The position numbers were made by a program, and so were the translations under genes. From the NCBI GenBank assembly GCA_003543245.1, contig DPJB01000007.1, positions 6,011 through 70,010 of the forward strand: 64,000 nucleotides of DNA. Reading direction: 5' to 3'. Below are positions 54,632 to 64,000 of this stretch, piece by piece. The notes below the pieces were generated by a model. It made no database searches and was not told the DNA's origin. It worked only from the letters and a program-made list of their open reading frames with translations. This DNA comes from Moraxellaceae bacterium (GTDB lineage: Bacteria > Pseudomonadota > Gammaproteobacteria > Pseudomonadales > Moraxellaceae). Each line of letters begins with the position of its first letter. The first letter of the stretch is position 1.

Positions 54632-55527
54632 AATACTCGGTTGTGCTTGCTCGTGCCACTTCATGCGTACTGCTGGTGCTGATGGTCTCTGCCTGCAATA
54701 CCAGCTCCAAGCCAAAAAAAGCCAAGGAAGAGCTCAAGACTCCGGCGACGCCAGAGCAGGTGCGTGCAGATGCGGAGCGTGCGTCCCACTTCGGTGATCA
54801 TGCCTCTGCACTGGCTGGATGGCAGAATCTGCTGGAGAAAAACCCCGACGATCCGGTTGCCTTGCGTGGATTGGGCGAGACCTACCTTGCAGCCGGTGAG
54901 CCTGCGATGGCGCTGGTCGCGTTTGACAAGGTAATCACGAAGAGCCCGCAGGACATGGATGCTCTGGAGGGTCGGGCACTTGCGCTGGTTTCGCTTGGAC
55001 GGAGAGAGGAGGCAAGAAAGGATATTGAGGTCTTGCAGGAGGTTTCACCCCCCAGGTGGCGTACCTTGAATGCGATGGGCTTGTTGCTGGATCTGGGAAA
55101 TGAGCGAGATCGGGCCCAGCAGTATTACACCCAGGCGCTGGCCCTGCAGCCAGGCCACCCGATGATACTGAACAACATGGGCTACTCCATGCTGATGGCG
55201 GGTAACTATGTTGCTGCGGAGAAGTGCTTCAGGGATGGCTTGCGTATGACGCCGGATGGCTCGCACCTGCATGCCAACATGGTGCTGTCGATTGCCTGGC
55301 AGGGTGATTATGCCCGTGCACTTGCCGAGGCGGTGAACCGTCAGCCCAGGGAAGAGGCACTCAACAATATTGGTTACATCGCATTGCTGCGCAAGGACTA
55401 CAAGGCAGCAATCAGTTACTTCGAGCAGGCAATGGAGGCCAGCCCCCGCTGGTATCCGCGGGCGGCAGCCAATCTGGAGCGGGCCCGGGCAGAAGCGGCG
55501 AATGCATCAGTACGGCTGCCCAACTGA
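54628..55527 (+). CDS. tadD: TadD-like TPR lipoprotein
   Basis: The GTG start overlaps the tadC stop. The lipobox is LMVSAC|N. It has multiple TPR-like repeats. Confidence 0.75.
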   Translation: MKYSVVLARATSCVLLVLMVSACNTSSKPKKAKEELKTPATPEQVRADAERASHFGDHASALAGWQNLLEKNPDDPVALRGLGETYLAAGEPAMALVAFDKVITKSPQDMDALEGRALALVSLGRREEARKDIEVLQEVSPPRWRTLNAMGLLLDLGNERDRAQQYYTQALALQPGHPMILNNMGYSMLMAGNYVAAEKCFRDGLRMTPDGSHLHANMVLSIAWQGDYARALAEAVNRQPREEALNNIGYIALLRKDYKAAISYFEQAMEASPRWYPRAAANLERARAEAANASVRLPN

Positions 55528-55533
55528 CCCCGG

Positions 55534-57156
55534 TCAACGGCTGATTCGCCACACCCCGGCAATGCCGATCAACATGCCACCCAGCATGGTTGCTGTGCCA
55601 CTCGTGATCATCATCACTCCCCCACCGATACCGAGCAGGGCAATGAAGTCGCGCCTGCGGGCAACGCGCATCTCCTGACGCAGGGTGCTGAACTCGCGCA
55701 GTTGCCGCTCCTGCCACTGACCGTTCTGCCGCATTTGCGTCAGGGCATCGAGTACCAGATCCGGCATGTCGGGCAGGCCGGTAATCAGTGCCGGGGCTTG
55801 CTCGCTCAACCGTTTGATGAGTGCCGAGGGGCCGATCTGGTCGTTGAGCCAGCGGCTCAGGAGCGGGCGACCCAGCGTCCAGATGTCGAGCGCGGGGTAC
55901 AGGCTGCGGCCCAGTCCTTCCACATGTACCAGTGTCTTGATGAGCAGGACCAGCTGTACTGGAATTTCCAGATGGTGTTCGCGCGCCATGTCGAGTACTG
56001 CCAGCAGCGTTGGTCCGAACTGGATCTGGTCAATCGGTTTTTCCAGTACCGGCGCAATGATGCGCTGTACCTCGTTGGTCAGCTGGTTAAGGTTGGCCCC
56101 CGGAGGCAGCCAGCCGGCACGATATGCAACCCGGATGATTTCGCCGTAGTCACGTGAGACCAGAGCCAGTGCAATGCGGGCAACAGTGAGCTGATCTTCG
56201 CGGGCCAGATGGCCGACGATGGCGACATCCAGGGCAATGTAGCGCGGATTGGCCGGGTTGGCGGTTTCCACAAAGACATTGCCCGGGTGCATGTCGGCAT
56301 GAAAAAAGTTGTGGTTGAGCAACTGCGTGAAAAAGATGGCGAAACCTTTTTCGGCCAGTTGCTGGCGACTGATGTCCAGTCTGGCAAAGCTGGCATGATC
56401 ATCGACGGGGACGCCATAAATGCGCTCTGCCACCATGATGTTTGTGGTGCACCAGGCATCGTGCACTTCTGGCACATACAGCATGTCCGAGTTGAGGAAG
56501 TTCTTGCGCATCTGGCGGGTATTGGCGGCCTCGCGCAGGAGATCGGTTTCATCGAGCAACGTTTGTTCGTAATCACGTGCAATGCGGTGCGGATGAAACT
56601 GTGCCAGTTGCGGGAAGCTGGCCTCCAGCCAGGCAGTCAGGTCGCGCAGCAACGCCATGTCCTGCCGGATTTGTGCGGCGACGCCAGGGCGCAGGATTTT
56701 CACAACCACTTCACGCCCATCGGGCAGGGTAGCGGTATGTACCTGCGCAATGGAGGCAGCCGCCAGGGGCTGTTCGTCAAAGCGGGAGAACTTTTCCTTG
56801 AGCGGGGCGTTGAGCTCGGTCTCGACAATGGCCATGGCAATGCGCGACGGAAACGGAGGCACCTGATCCTGCAGCTTCACCAGCTCATCAAGGATGTTGG
56901 CCGGCAGCAGGTCGCGCCGTGTTGCCAGTAGCTGGCCCAGCTTGATGAAGAGCGGGCCCAGTTCCTCAAAGGCTTCGCGCAGGCGGGCGGGGTGTCGCGC
57001 CCGTGCGCCAGCCAGCCACCAGGCGGGGTGCAGGCGCAGCATCATGATCAGCAGTGTGCCGCGAACGCCCGGCGGTGGCGGCAACAAGGTATCAAGCCGA
57101 TAGCGTGCAATAACCGTCCAGATGGCGAGCAGTCGGGGCAGGTGAGTCAGCATCAT
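55534..57156 (-). CDS. ubiB: ubiquinone biosynthesis regulatory kinase-like protein UbiB (ABC1 family)
   Basis: The ABC1 motif is FDEQPLAAASIAQVHTATLPDGREVVVKILRPG. It also has HADMHPGN and C-terminal TM helices. Confidence 0.92.
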   Translation of the reverse strand: MMLTHLPRLLAIWTVIARYRLDTLLPPPPGVRGTLLIMMLRLHPAWWLAGARARHPARLREAFEELGPLFIKLGQLLATRRDLLPANILDELVKLQDQVPPFPSRIAMAIVETELNAPLKEKFSRFDEQPLAAASIAQVHTATLPDGREVVVKILRPGVAAQIRQDMALLRDLTAWLEASFPQLAQFHPHRIARDYEQTLLDETDLLREAANTRQMRKNFLNSDMLYVPEVHDAWCTTNIMVAERIYGVPVDDHASFARLDISRQQLAEKGFAIFFTQLLNHNFFHADMHPGNVFVETANPANPRYIALDVAIVGHLAREDQLTVARIALALVSRDYGEIIRVAYRAGWLPPGANLNQLTNEVQRIIAPVLEKPIDQIQFGPTLLAVLDMAREHHLEIPVQLVLLIKTLVHVEGLGRSLYPALDIWTLGRPLLSRWLNDQIGPSALIKRLSEQAPALITGLPDMPDLVLDALTQMRQNGQWQERQLREFSTLRQEMRVARRRDFIALLGIGGGVMMITSGTATMLGGMLIGIAGVWRISR

Positions 57157-57788
57157 GTCGGCTCGGTGGTATCAAGTTTGCTGACGCGCTTTTTCAGGCG
57201 CTCAAGCCGTGCCTCCACGCGTTCAATGTCGGCACGCAGATCCTGGTTGTCGCCAAGGTATTCTTCGACTTCCCAGCGAACCGGCACAATTTCCTTTTCT
57301 TCGCGCAGGTATTCACCGGTGTTGCGCAGGAAAACATTGGCGGTGCGTTTGGCCAGGCCAAACAGGCCCTTCAGGCCCTGCGATACCGGGTGAGACAGCG
57401 TATCGCCAAAAACCCTGGCCATGCCGGCTTCCCAGTCGATATCCAGGTCGCGCGCCAATGCGTGCAACTCCTGCACCAGCATGACATCACCATGCACTTT
57501 CACCGGACCGCCAATAAAGTGCGCATCATTACTGAGTGCCATTTTCAGCAGTTCGATGCTGGGCGCTTCTATGGTGGCGTGGGGGTGGCGATCCCCTTCG
57601 CTACGCAAATACACCCCGTCACTCTCCAGCCAGACAAACAGGCCCAGTACGGGGCTACGGGTTTCAACATAAAGACGCTTGCCGGCATAGGCCTGCAGAC
57701 GTTGAGCGGTGGCAGGGTCCAGCAACAGGGCCTGACGAATCAGGCTTTCCAGTGCTTTCAGTGCCAGTACCTGAGGAAGCGAGGTCAC
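57153..57788 (-). CDS. ubiJ: ubiquinone biosynthesis accessory factor UbiJ (SCP2 domain)
   Basis: It lies between ubiE and ubiB with overlapping stops and starts. It has an SCP2-like N-terminal half and a coiled C-terminus. Confidence 0.8.
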   Translation of the reverse strand: MTSLPQVLALKALESLIRQALLLDPATAQRLQAYAGKRLYVETRSPVLGLFVWLESDGVYLRSEGDRHPHATIEAPSIELLKMALSNDAHFIGGPVKVHGDVMLVQELHALARDLDIDWEAGMARVFGDTLSHPVSQGLKGLFGLAKRTANVFLRNTGEYLREEKEIVPVRWEVEEYLGDNQDLRADIERVEARLERLKKRVSKLDTTEPT

Positions 57789-58561
57789 AGCTTGAATCCG
57801 CGGTGCAGGGCGACAATGCCGCCGGTGAGGTTGTGGTAATCCGTGCGTTCGAAACCGGCGGTTTCCATCATGCCCTTCAGGGTTTCCTGATCAGGGTGCA
57901 TGCGGATGGACTCCGCCAGATAACGGTAACTGTCTGCATCCTGCGTGATGATCTTGCCCAGTGCCGGCAGCACGCTGAACGAGTAGGCATCATAGGCCTT
58001 GGACAACGGCTCGATCACGGGCTTGGAGAACTCCAGCACCAGCAGGCGGCCACCCGGCTTCAGCACGCGATACATTGATGCCAGCGCCTTGTCCTTGTCG
58101 GTGACGTTGCGCAGTCCGAAGGAAATGGTGAGCAGATCGAAGGTGTTGTCGGCAAACGGCAGGCACTCGGCATTGGCCTGCACAAACTCCAGGTTCTGCG
58201 TAAGGCCGGTATCAATCAGGCGATCACGTCCCACACCCAGCATGGAGGCATTGATGTCGGACAGAATGACCTTGCCGGTGGGGCCGACACGCTTGCTGAA
58301 GGCCTTGGCCAGATCGCCCGTGCCGCCTGCAATATCGAGCACTTGCTGACCGGGGCGGACGCCAGCCATTTCAATGGTATAGCGCTTCCACAGGCGATGA
58401 ATGCCGAACGACATCAGGTCGTTCATGACATCGTAGCGGGCCGCCACGGAATGAAAAACCTCGGCGACTTTCTTTGCCTTTTCGGTGGCAGCAACGGTCT
58501 GGTAGCCGAAGTGCGTGGTGCCTTCGGACGTTACGGGGGGAATGGGCTTCTGGTCGGACAT
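57785..58561 (-). CDS. ubiE: demethylmenaquinone/ubiquinone C-methyltransferase UbiE
   Basis: I chose ATG 58561. Motifs are [26 protein letters not shown] and the SAM motif [11 protein letters not shown]. Confidence 0.92.
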   Translation of the reverse strand: MSDQKPIPPVTSEGTTHFGYQTVAATEKAKKVAEVFHSVAARYDVMNDLMSFGIHRLWKRYTIEMAGVRPGQQVLDIAGGTGDLAKAFSKRVGPTGKVILSDINASMLGVGRDRLIDTGLTQNLEFVQANAECLPFADNTFDLLTISFGLRNVTDKDKALASMYRVLKPGGRLLVLEFSKPVIEPLSKAYDAYSFSVLPALGKIITQDADSYRYLAESIRMHPDQETLKGMMETAGFERTDYHNLTGGIVALHRGFKL

Positions 58562-58645
58562 GATGGCGTCGTCAGCAACGGAGCCGGCATTGTCGACCGG
58601 CCCCGTCAATGGTGCAAGCCGGAAAGGCTGATGGCTTGCGTCAGA

Positions 58646-59434
58646 TCAGGGATTGAACGGGTCTGGCGTGCCGGCGCAGAGGGCGTCAACGATGGCGCGT
58701 TCCTTGCCGATGAACTGGTTGAGGAAGTCCTGTGCAGAGCCCATCGGGCGCATGACGGCAAAGCCACGGTCCAGAAAATCGTAGAGGCCGCCAAGTCCGG
58801 CCATTTTGGCGGGACGGTGGGCAATCTTGAAGGTGGCATAGATCACGCGGGAGCGTACATAGCGATCCAGTCCGCCGCCCAGTTCGGCCAGCAGGTCAAG
58901 CTGATGGTGACGCGCCGCCTGATAGTCGCAGGCCCGGTATGCCTCGATGACGGCGGCCTCGGTGATGTCGGTGATCCCCATGGTTTCAAACAGCATGGTG
59001 GTGAGGGCTTCATCCAGCTCGCCGGTGATGGCGTTCAGCTCCAGCGCCACGGCCGAGGTGCGCATGACCGAGTCAGGCAACAGGCGGGTGGCAATCGGGA
59101 GGGCGCGCTCCACTTCGCGGGCCAGTTCGGTCAGGTCCAGGCCGCCATAGAGGTCACTGAGGAAAAACTGGGTGACTTCACGGTAACGGGGGTCTTCGAG
59201 CAGGTCGGCATGGGTGCGGGTGAGGCGGCCGGCCAGCCATTTTTGCAGGGTGACGAACTTTTCCTGAAAGGCCGCATCATGATGCCCGCGCCAGGCACGG
59301 TAGCGGCCCAGTTCGTAACGCATTTCATCCGCAAGCGTCTTGATGTCTTCCTTGCGCAGGGGCTGGCCTTCCGGGGTATAGACAAGATCGGGGGTCTGGG
59401 GGCCGGTGCTGGCTGCGTTCATCGAGGGCTCCAT
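58646..59434 (-). CDS. conserved hypothetical protein (possibly an FFLEELY-motif-type family; contains QFFLSDLYGG)
   Basis: It is a clean 262-aa ORF with host-like codon usage. It occupies the slot that holds the pha genes in Pseudomonas. The family assignment is a weak recollection. Confidence 0.5.
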   Translation of the reverse strand: MEPSMNAASTGPQTPDLVYTPEGQPLRKEDIKTLADEMRYELGRYRAWRGHHDAAFQEKFVTLQKWLAGRLTRTHADLLEDPRYREVTQFFLSDLYGGLDLTELAREVERALPIATRLLPDSVMRTSAVALELNAITGELDEALTTMLFETMGITDITEAAVIEAYRACDYQAARHHQLDLLAELGGGLDRYVRSRVIYATFKIAHRPAKMAGLGGLYDFLDRGFAVMRPMGSAQDFLNQFIGKERAIVDALCAGTPDPFNP

Positions 59435-59607
59435 GTGCGGGTGTTAACAGGTTGATCTGAAAGGAGAAATTATTTCCGTCACATCAATGCATGCCTGCGT
59501 GTGCAGGGGCGGGCGGATTGTACTGTGCGGTGGGCCCGATGGGCAGGCCAGGACCGTGAGCAAATGTGACCGTCTGGCGGATAATGCCCCGGGACATCAG
59601 GGATGGC

Positions 59608-59964
59608 TCAGGGGGTAAAGGTCTGTGTTGCGGGGGCTGTGGCCGCTGTCGCTTGCAGGTACGTGGTCCAGAGTTGCTCCCGGTGCAGGCAGAGATGCCG
59701 CAGGGTGTCCCAGCTGTACAGGCCGGTATTGTGGCCATCCGAAAACACGAGGCGCACGGCGTAATTGCCGACAGGCTCGATGCTGGTGATTGTCACCTGC
59801 TGCTTCTGCAGGGGCAGAACGCCACCACGTCCGTCATGACCCTGAACCTCGGCAGATGGCGAGTGCACACGAAGGAACTCGGCGCTGAGGGTAAACGTGC
59901 CGTCGTCCCAGGTCAGGACCAGCTCGCGCTCGGTTTTGCGGTAGCGCAATTCAGTGGGTTGCAT
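59608..59964 (-). CDS. DUF971 (gamma-butyrobetaine hydroxylase-like N-terminal) protein
   Basis: The sequence reads LVLTWDDGTFTLSAEFLRVHSPSAEV...IEPVGNYAVRLVFSDGHNTGLYSWDTL. It lies next to hslU, as in Pseudomonas. Confidence 0.75.
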   Translation of the reverse strand: MQPTELRYRKTERELVLTWDDGTFTLSAEFLRVHSPSAEVQGHDGRGGVLPLQKQQVTITSIEPVGNYAVRLVFSDGHNTGLYSWDTLRHLCLHREQLWTTYLQATAATAPATQTFTP

Positions 59965-60029
59965 AGGTCAGGTGTGCCGGTAACAGGGCATGGCACCGGC
60001 ACAGGTCATGCCGGCACCATGCGGGTTGA

Positions 60030-61373
60030 TCAGAGAATGAACCGGCTCAGGTCTTCATCCTGTACCAGTCCGCCCAGATGCTGCTCTACATCGGCCGCAG
60101 TAATCGACAGGACCTTGTCGTGATGCTCGGCCGCAAGATCGGCAGCATCGAAGGAAATGTCTTCCAGCAGCTTCTCAAGTACCGTGTGCAGGCGGCGGGC
60201 ACCGATGTTCTCGGTACGTTCGTTCACCTGCCAGGCGATTTCGGCCAGGCGCTTTACACAATCCGGTGTGAACTCGATGCCAAGCCCCTCGGCTGCCAGC
60301 AGCGCCTGGTATTGCTGTGTCAGCGAGAAATGCGGCTCGGTCAGGATGCGCTCGAAGTCGGATGGCGACAGTGCTTCCAGCTCCACACGGATAGGCAGGC
60401 GGCCCTGCAATTCCGGGATCAGGTCCGACGGGCGCGACAGGTGGAAAGCGCCGGAGGCAATGAACAGGATGTGATCCGTTTTCACCATGCCGTACTTGGT
60501 GTTCACGGTGCAGCCTTCGATAAGCGGCAGCAGATCTCGTTGCACGCCTTCGCGCGAAACGTCGGCGCCCCCGTGGCTGTCGCCACGACGGCAAACCTTG
60601 TCGATTTCGTCGAGAAAGACGATGCCGTTCTGCTCGACGGCATGCAGGGCTTTTGCCTTGATTTCTTCCTCGTTAAGCAGTTTGCCGGCTTCGTCTTCCT
60701 GCAGGCGCTTCAGGGCTTCTTTTACCTTTATACGCTGACTCTGGCGCTTGCCCTGGCCCATGCTGGAGAACAGGTTCTGCAGCTGGCTGGTCATGTCTTC
60801 CATGCCGGGAGGCGCCATGATGTTCACACCCATGGCGGCTTGTGGCAGATCGATTTCAATTTCGCGGTCGTCCAGCTCTCCTTCACGCAGTTTCTTGCGG
60901 AAAATCTGCCGGGTGGAGTTATCGGTCCTGTTGCTGTCATTGCCATCGCCAACGCGTGCCGGTGGCAGCAGCGCATCAAGAATGCGTTCTTCGGCCGACT
61001 CAAAGGCACGGTGCTCCACCTTCTGCATTTCCTGTTCGCGCGTCATTTTCAGCGCCATGTCGGCAAGGTCGCGGATAATCGTTTCGACATCGCGGCCGAC
61101 ATAACCGACTTCGGTGAACTTGGTGGCCTCGACCTTGATGAAAGGGGCGTTGGCGAGTCTGGCCAGACGGCGGGCAATTTCGGTTTTGCCAACACCGGTC
61201 GGACCGATCATCAGGATATTTTTCGGCGACACTTCATTGCGCTGTGCTTCAGGCAGCTGCATGCGGCGCCAGCGGTTGCGCAGTGCCAGGGCCACGGCAC
61301 GCTTGGCGGCACTCTGGCCGACAATATGACGATCAAGTTCATGCACGATTTCGCGCGGCGTCATCTGGCTCAT
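60030..61373 (-). CDS. hslU: ATP-dependent protease ATPase subunit HslU
   Basis: The N-terminus is [17 protein letters not shown], Walker A is [15 protein letters not shown], and another motif is IVFLDEIDK. Confidence 0.95.
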   Translation of the reverse strand: MSQMTPREIVHELDRHIVGQSAAKRAVALALRNRWRRMQLPEAQRNEVSPKNILMIGPTGVGKTEIARRLARLANAPFIKVEATKFTEVGYVGRDVETIIRDLADMALKMTREQEMQKVEHRAFESAEERILDALLPPARVGDGNDSNRTDNSTRQIFRKKLREGELDDREIEIDLPQAAMGVNIMAPPGMEDMTSQLQNLFSSMGQGKRQSQRIKVKEALKRLQEDEAGKLLNEEEIKAKALHAVEQNGIVFLDEIDKVCRRGDSHGGADVSREGVQRDLLPLIEGCTVNTKYGMVKTDHILFIASGAFHLSRPSDLIPELQGRLPIRVELEALSPSDFERILTEPHFSLTQQYQALLAAEGLGIEFTPDCVKRLAEIAWQVNERTENIGARRLHTVLEKLLEDISFDAADLAAEHHDKVLSITAADVEQHLGGLVQDEDLSRFIL

Positions 61374-61921
61374 GCCGTTTCTCCGTTTTTTGCCGGTTCG
61401 GCCTCAAGCGTTTCAATCATGAAATTGTGGTTGGTGTACACACAGATATCGCCAGCAATGGTCAGGGACTTTTCCACAATGGTGCGGGCATCCAGATCAG
61501 TGTTTTCCACCAGGGCGCGTGCGGCTGCCATGGCGTAGTTGCCACCTGATCCGATGGCGAGTACGCCTTCTTCAGGCTCGAGCACGTCACCGTTGCCGGT
61601 GATGATGAGCGATGCCGTCTTGTCGGCGACGACCAGCATGGCTTCCAGGCGGCGCAGGGTGCGATCCGTCCGCCAGTCCTTGGCCAGCTCGACCGCGGCC
61701 CGCAACAGATGGCCGGAATGCTTCTGCAGCTTGGCCTCGAAATAGTCGAAAAGGGTAAAGGCATCGGCCGTGCCACCGGCAAAGCCGGCAATGACCTGAT
61801 TGTTGTAAAGACGGCGAACCTTGCGGGCCTTGCCCTTCATGACGGTGTTGCCGAGAGAAACCTGGCCGTCGCCGCCGAGGGCAACGAGATTGCCACGGCG
61901 GACGGATACGATGGTGGTCAC
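61370..61921 (-). CDS. hslV: ATP-dependent protease subunit HslV
   Basis: A GTG start at 61921 gives (M)TTIVSVRR with the required N-terminal catalytic Thr. The longer ATG start at 61957 would bury it. Confidence 0.9.
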   Translation of the reverse strand: MTTIVSVRRGNLVALGGDGQVSLGNTVMKGKARKVRRLYNNQVIAGFAGGTADAFTLFDYFEAKLQKHSGHLLRAAVELAKDWRTDRTLRRLEAMLVVADKTASLIITGNGDVLEPEEGVLAIGSGGNYAMAAARALVENTDLDARTIVEKSLTIAGDICVYTNHNFMIETLEAEPAKNGETA

Positions 61922-61998
61922 GGTGACCTCTGTGTGGACGATGGATCGTTCACACAAGATGGTGACGCCCGGCAGGAATTCAAGCGGGCGGCTGTGGA

Positions 61999-62634
61999 TC
62001 AGTTCTGCTTGAGGATCAGCGTGTCCACGCCATTGGCGCGCAGGCTGCCGCGTGCGGCTTGTGCCGCTTCCTTGCCCTTGAGGGGGCCCACGACTACCCG
62101 ATACCAGTCATCCCCTGGTTTGACGGTAACCTTGAGGATTTTGACAGGCAGCCCCAGCAGCAGCACCTCGGCGCGGCGGCGATCGGCCTCACGCTCGCTG
62201 CGGAAGGAGCCGGCTTGCAGTACATATGGTGTGCGGTCACCCTGCTCTGCCGGCTTGACCTGCGTGGCGGCCTGGCTGGCTGCTTCAGACGTCTTCTTGC
62301 TGGGCAGCACTTCCTGATTGGGCAGCAAGGTATAAAAGTCAAAGCGTGGTTCTTCACCCGGGCCATCCGCCGGATTCGGGGAGGTATTGGCGGGTAGCTC
62401 GGCCTCGGCCGTGGCAGCAGCGGCTTTGCTCGCCTTTGCCGCGACGGATGCCGGCTCGGCCCGGTGCTCCCAGAGATACATCAGGAACGCCACAAATAGC
62501 CCAATCATCAGGCCTGCTGTCAGCAGCAGCCATCCGGGCGCTCCGTTTTTCTGCGCTTTTCTGGGGGGCGGATTCCGGCTGGCGCCCTGGGTTTTCTTGC
62601 GCGCCGGTTTGGCGGGGGCTTTTGCGCGGGCCAT
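61999..62634 (-). CDS. SPOR-domain membrane protein
   Basis: I chose ATG 62634. It has a basic N-terminus, one TM ([21 protein letters not shown]) and a C-terminal SPOR segment ([26 protein letters not shown]...WYRVVVGP). Confidence 0.8.
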   Translation of the reverse strand: MARAKAPAKPARKKTQGASRNPPPRKAQKNGAPGWLLLTAGLMIGLFVAFLMYLWEHRAEPASVAAKASKAAAATAEAELPANTSPNPADGPGEEPRFDFYTLLPNQEVLPSKKTSEAASQAATQVKPAEQGDRTPYVLQAGSFRSEREADRRRAEVLLLGLPVKILKVTVKPGDDWYRVVVGPLKGKEAAQAARGSLRANGVDTLILKQN

Positions 62635-62638
62635 GACC

Positions 62639-64000
62639 TTACATTTTCTCCGGAGCAGATACACCCAGCAGGCCAAGGCCATTGGCAATGACCAGCTTTA
62701 CGGCCAGTGCCAGCGTCAGGCGGGCATTACGGACGCGCGCATCATCCACCAGCACCTTGTTGCCGTTGTACCAGGTGTGGAAGTCCTGGGCGAGGTCGCG
62801 TAATGCGTAGGTGAGCTGGTGTGGCGCACGATTGCGCGCAGCATTGGCCACCATTTCCGGCCACGCTGCCAGACGCTTCAGCAAGTCATCCACGTTGCTT
62901 TCCGGCAGTTCGGCCAGGGCTGCAAAGCCGGCATCGGCATCATGGGTCAGGCCCCGCTCTGCAAGCTCGCGGAACATGCTGGCGACACGTGCATGCGCGT
63001 ACTGCAGGTAATACACGGGATTGTCTGCACTCTGCGAGCGGGCGAGGTCGATATCAAACTCCAGATGCTGTTCCGGCGAACGGGTGAGATAGAAAAAGCG
63101 TGTGGCATCGTTGCCGGCTTCCTCGATCAGTTGCGCCAGTGTCACAAAATTACCGGAGCGCTTGCCCATTTTTCCGGAGGACAGGGTCACGAACTGGATC
63201 AGCGCGACATGGAACTTGTCACCCTGGCCGGTGAGGGCTTCGATGGCTGCACGTACACGGGCAATGTAGCCATGATGGTCGGCGCCCCAGACATCAATCA
63301 GCGTATCAAAGCCGCGGCTCAGCTTTTCCAGATGATAGGCAACGTCGGCAGCAAAATAAGTGTGCAGGCCGTTGTCACGCACCAGTACGCGGTCTTTTTC
63401 GTCGCCCAGTTTTGAGGTGGCCAGCCAGGTGGCGCCGTCCTTCATGTAGACATGTCCACGCTCGGTCAGCAGCGTGATGGCTTTTTCAATCGCGCCATTG
63501 TCCATCAGGCTGCGTTCAGAGAACCATTGGTCAAAGTGCACGTTGAATGCATCCAGCGTGGCACGAATGCTGTCGAGCTGCGCATTCAGTCCGAAGTCCT
63601 GCACGGCGCGATAATTATCTTCACCAAGCAGCAACTGCACGCGCTGGATTACGGCGTCGATGTAGTCTTCTTTCTGCGTCTTGATGTCATCAGTGTCGCC
63701 TTCCGGATCGTCCGGCAGGCCATCAATGATTTCAGAAAACTCGTTGAAGTATTTCATGCCCGCTTGCACAAACAGGTCTGTGCCGCAGACTTTTACATAG
63801 TCGGCAGGATAGGCGCGCGAGGGAATCCGCACGGTTTCCCCGGCGGCTTCGAGATAGCGCAGATACACGGACACGGCGAGCACATCGGCCTGGCGACCGG
63901 CATCATTGATGTAGTACTCGCGATGCACCTTGTACCCGGTTGCTGCAAGAATGGTTGCCAGTGCCGAGCCGTAAGCAGCACCGCGGCCATGACCGACATG
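62639..64000 (-). CDS. argS: arginine--tRNA ligase, C-terminal ~453 aa (5' end outside the window)
   Basis: The frame is open to the window edge. The sequence has HVGHGRGAAYG.., YYINDAGRQ, the KMSKR-like GKMGKRSG, and an anticodon-binding C-terminus. Confidence 0.92.
   Translation of the reverse strand, partial: HVGHGRGAAYGSALATILAATGYKVHREYYINDAGRQADVLAVSVYLRYLEAAGETVRIPSRAYPADYVKVCGTDLFVQAGMKYFNEFSEIIDGLPDDPEGDTDDIKTQKEDYIDAVIQRVQLLLGEDNYRAVQDFGLNAQLDSIRATLDAFNVHFDQWFSERSLMDNGAIEKAITLLTERGHVYMKDGATWLATSKLGDEKDRVLVRDNGLHTYFAADVAYHLEKLSRGFDTLIDVWGADHHGYIARVRAAIEALTGQGDKFHVALIQFVTLSSGKMGKRSGNFVTLAQLIEEAGNDATRFFYLTRSPEQHLEFDIDLARSQSADNPVYYLQYAHARVASMFRELAERGLTHDADAGFAALAELPESNVDDLLKRLAAWPEMVANAARNRAPHQLTYALRDLAQDFHTWYNGNKVLVDDARVRNARLTLALAVKLVIANGLGLLGVSAPEKM

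Noticed and set aside
58343-61538. Plus-strand ORFs of 370 aa (58343..59455) and 486 aa (60078..61538).
   Set aside because: They are antisense to ubiE plus the 262-aa gene, and to hslU plus hslV, respectively. They are shadow ORFs.
1-64000. A search for CRISPR arrays, tRNA or rRNA genes, integrases and intact IS elements.
   Set aside because: I noticed no regularly spaced direct repeats and no cloverleaf-like conserved tRNA segments. The only transposase signal is the short degraded IS3 fragment at 11668-11925. This is visual inspection only and not a substitute for tRNAscan or a CRISPR finder.

Overview
This 64-kb window looks like a Pseudomonas-like gammaproteobacterial chromosome. The core gene order is parC, ytjB-like, serB, fimX-like, a PilZ gene, then psd and rhodanese. 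A second core run is tatCBA, hisE, hisI, then ubiB, ubiJ, ubiE, a DUF971 gene, hslU, hslV, a SPOR gene and argS. From memory this matches P. aeruginosa PA4956-PA4964 and PA5051-PA5070; I could not run a search to confirm it.

Three accessory blocks interrupt that backbone.

(1) 4.9-12.6 kb is a decayed giant-adhesin/type I secretion locus: an adhesin 5' remnant with nonsense codons, an IS3 transposase remnant and an HlyD remnant. Inside it sits an intact, visibly AT-richer six-gene operon. It encodes a CvnD/MglA-like small GTPase, two Roadblock/LC7 proteins, a DUF742-like first gene, a novel-domain::metallophosphoesterase fusion and a two-domain globin. I do not recognise this as a described system.

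(2) 16.7-38.3 kb carries TetR plus a Baeyer-Villiger-type monooxygenase, a LysR regulator, and a REC-AraC regulator with a 7TMR-DISM hybrid kinase. It then carries a 14-kb five-gene cluster of secreted DUF11-type proteins. That cluster includes a 2042-aa protein with an internal OmpA-like domain and a predicted very large C-terminal barrel, and a 1646-aa protein with eight Cys-pair repeats. I read this cluster as a candidate undescribed surface-fibre or adhesin assembly system.

(3) 43.8-55.5 kb is a complete Tad/Flp pilus locus inserted between hisI and ubiB.

I saw no rRNA, tRNA or CRISPR. All functional calls rest on reading the translated ORFs. No HMM or BLAST searches were run.
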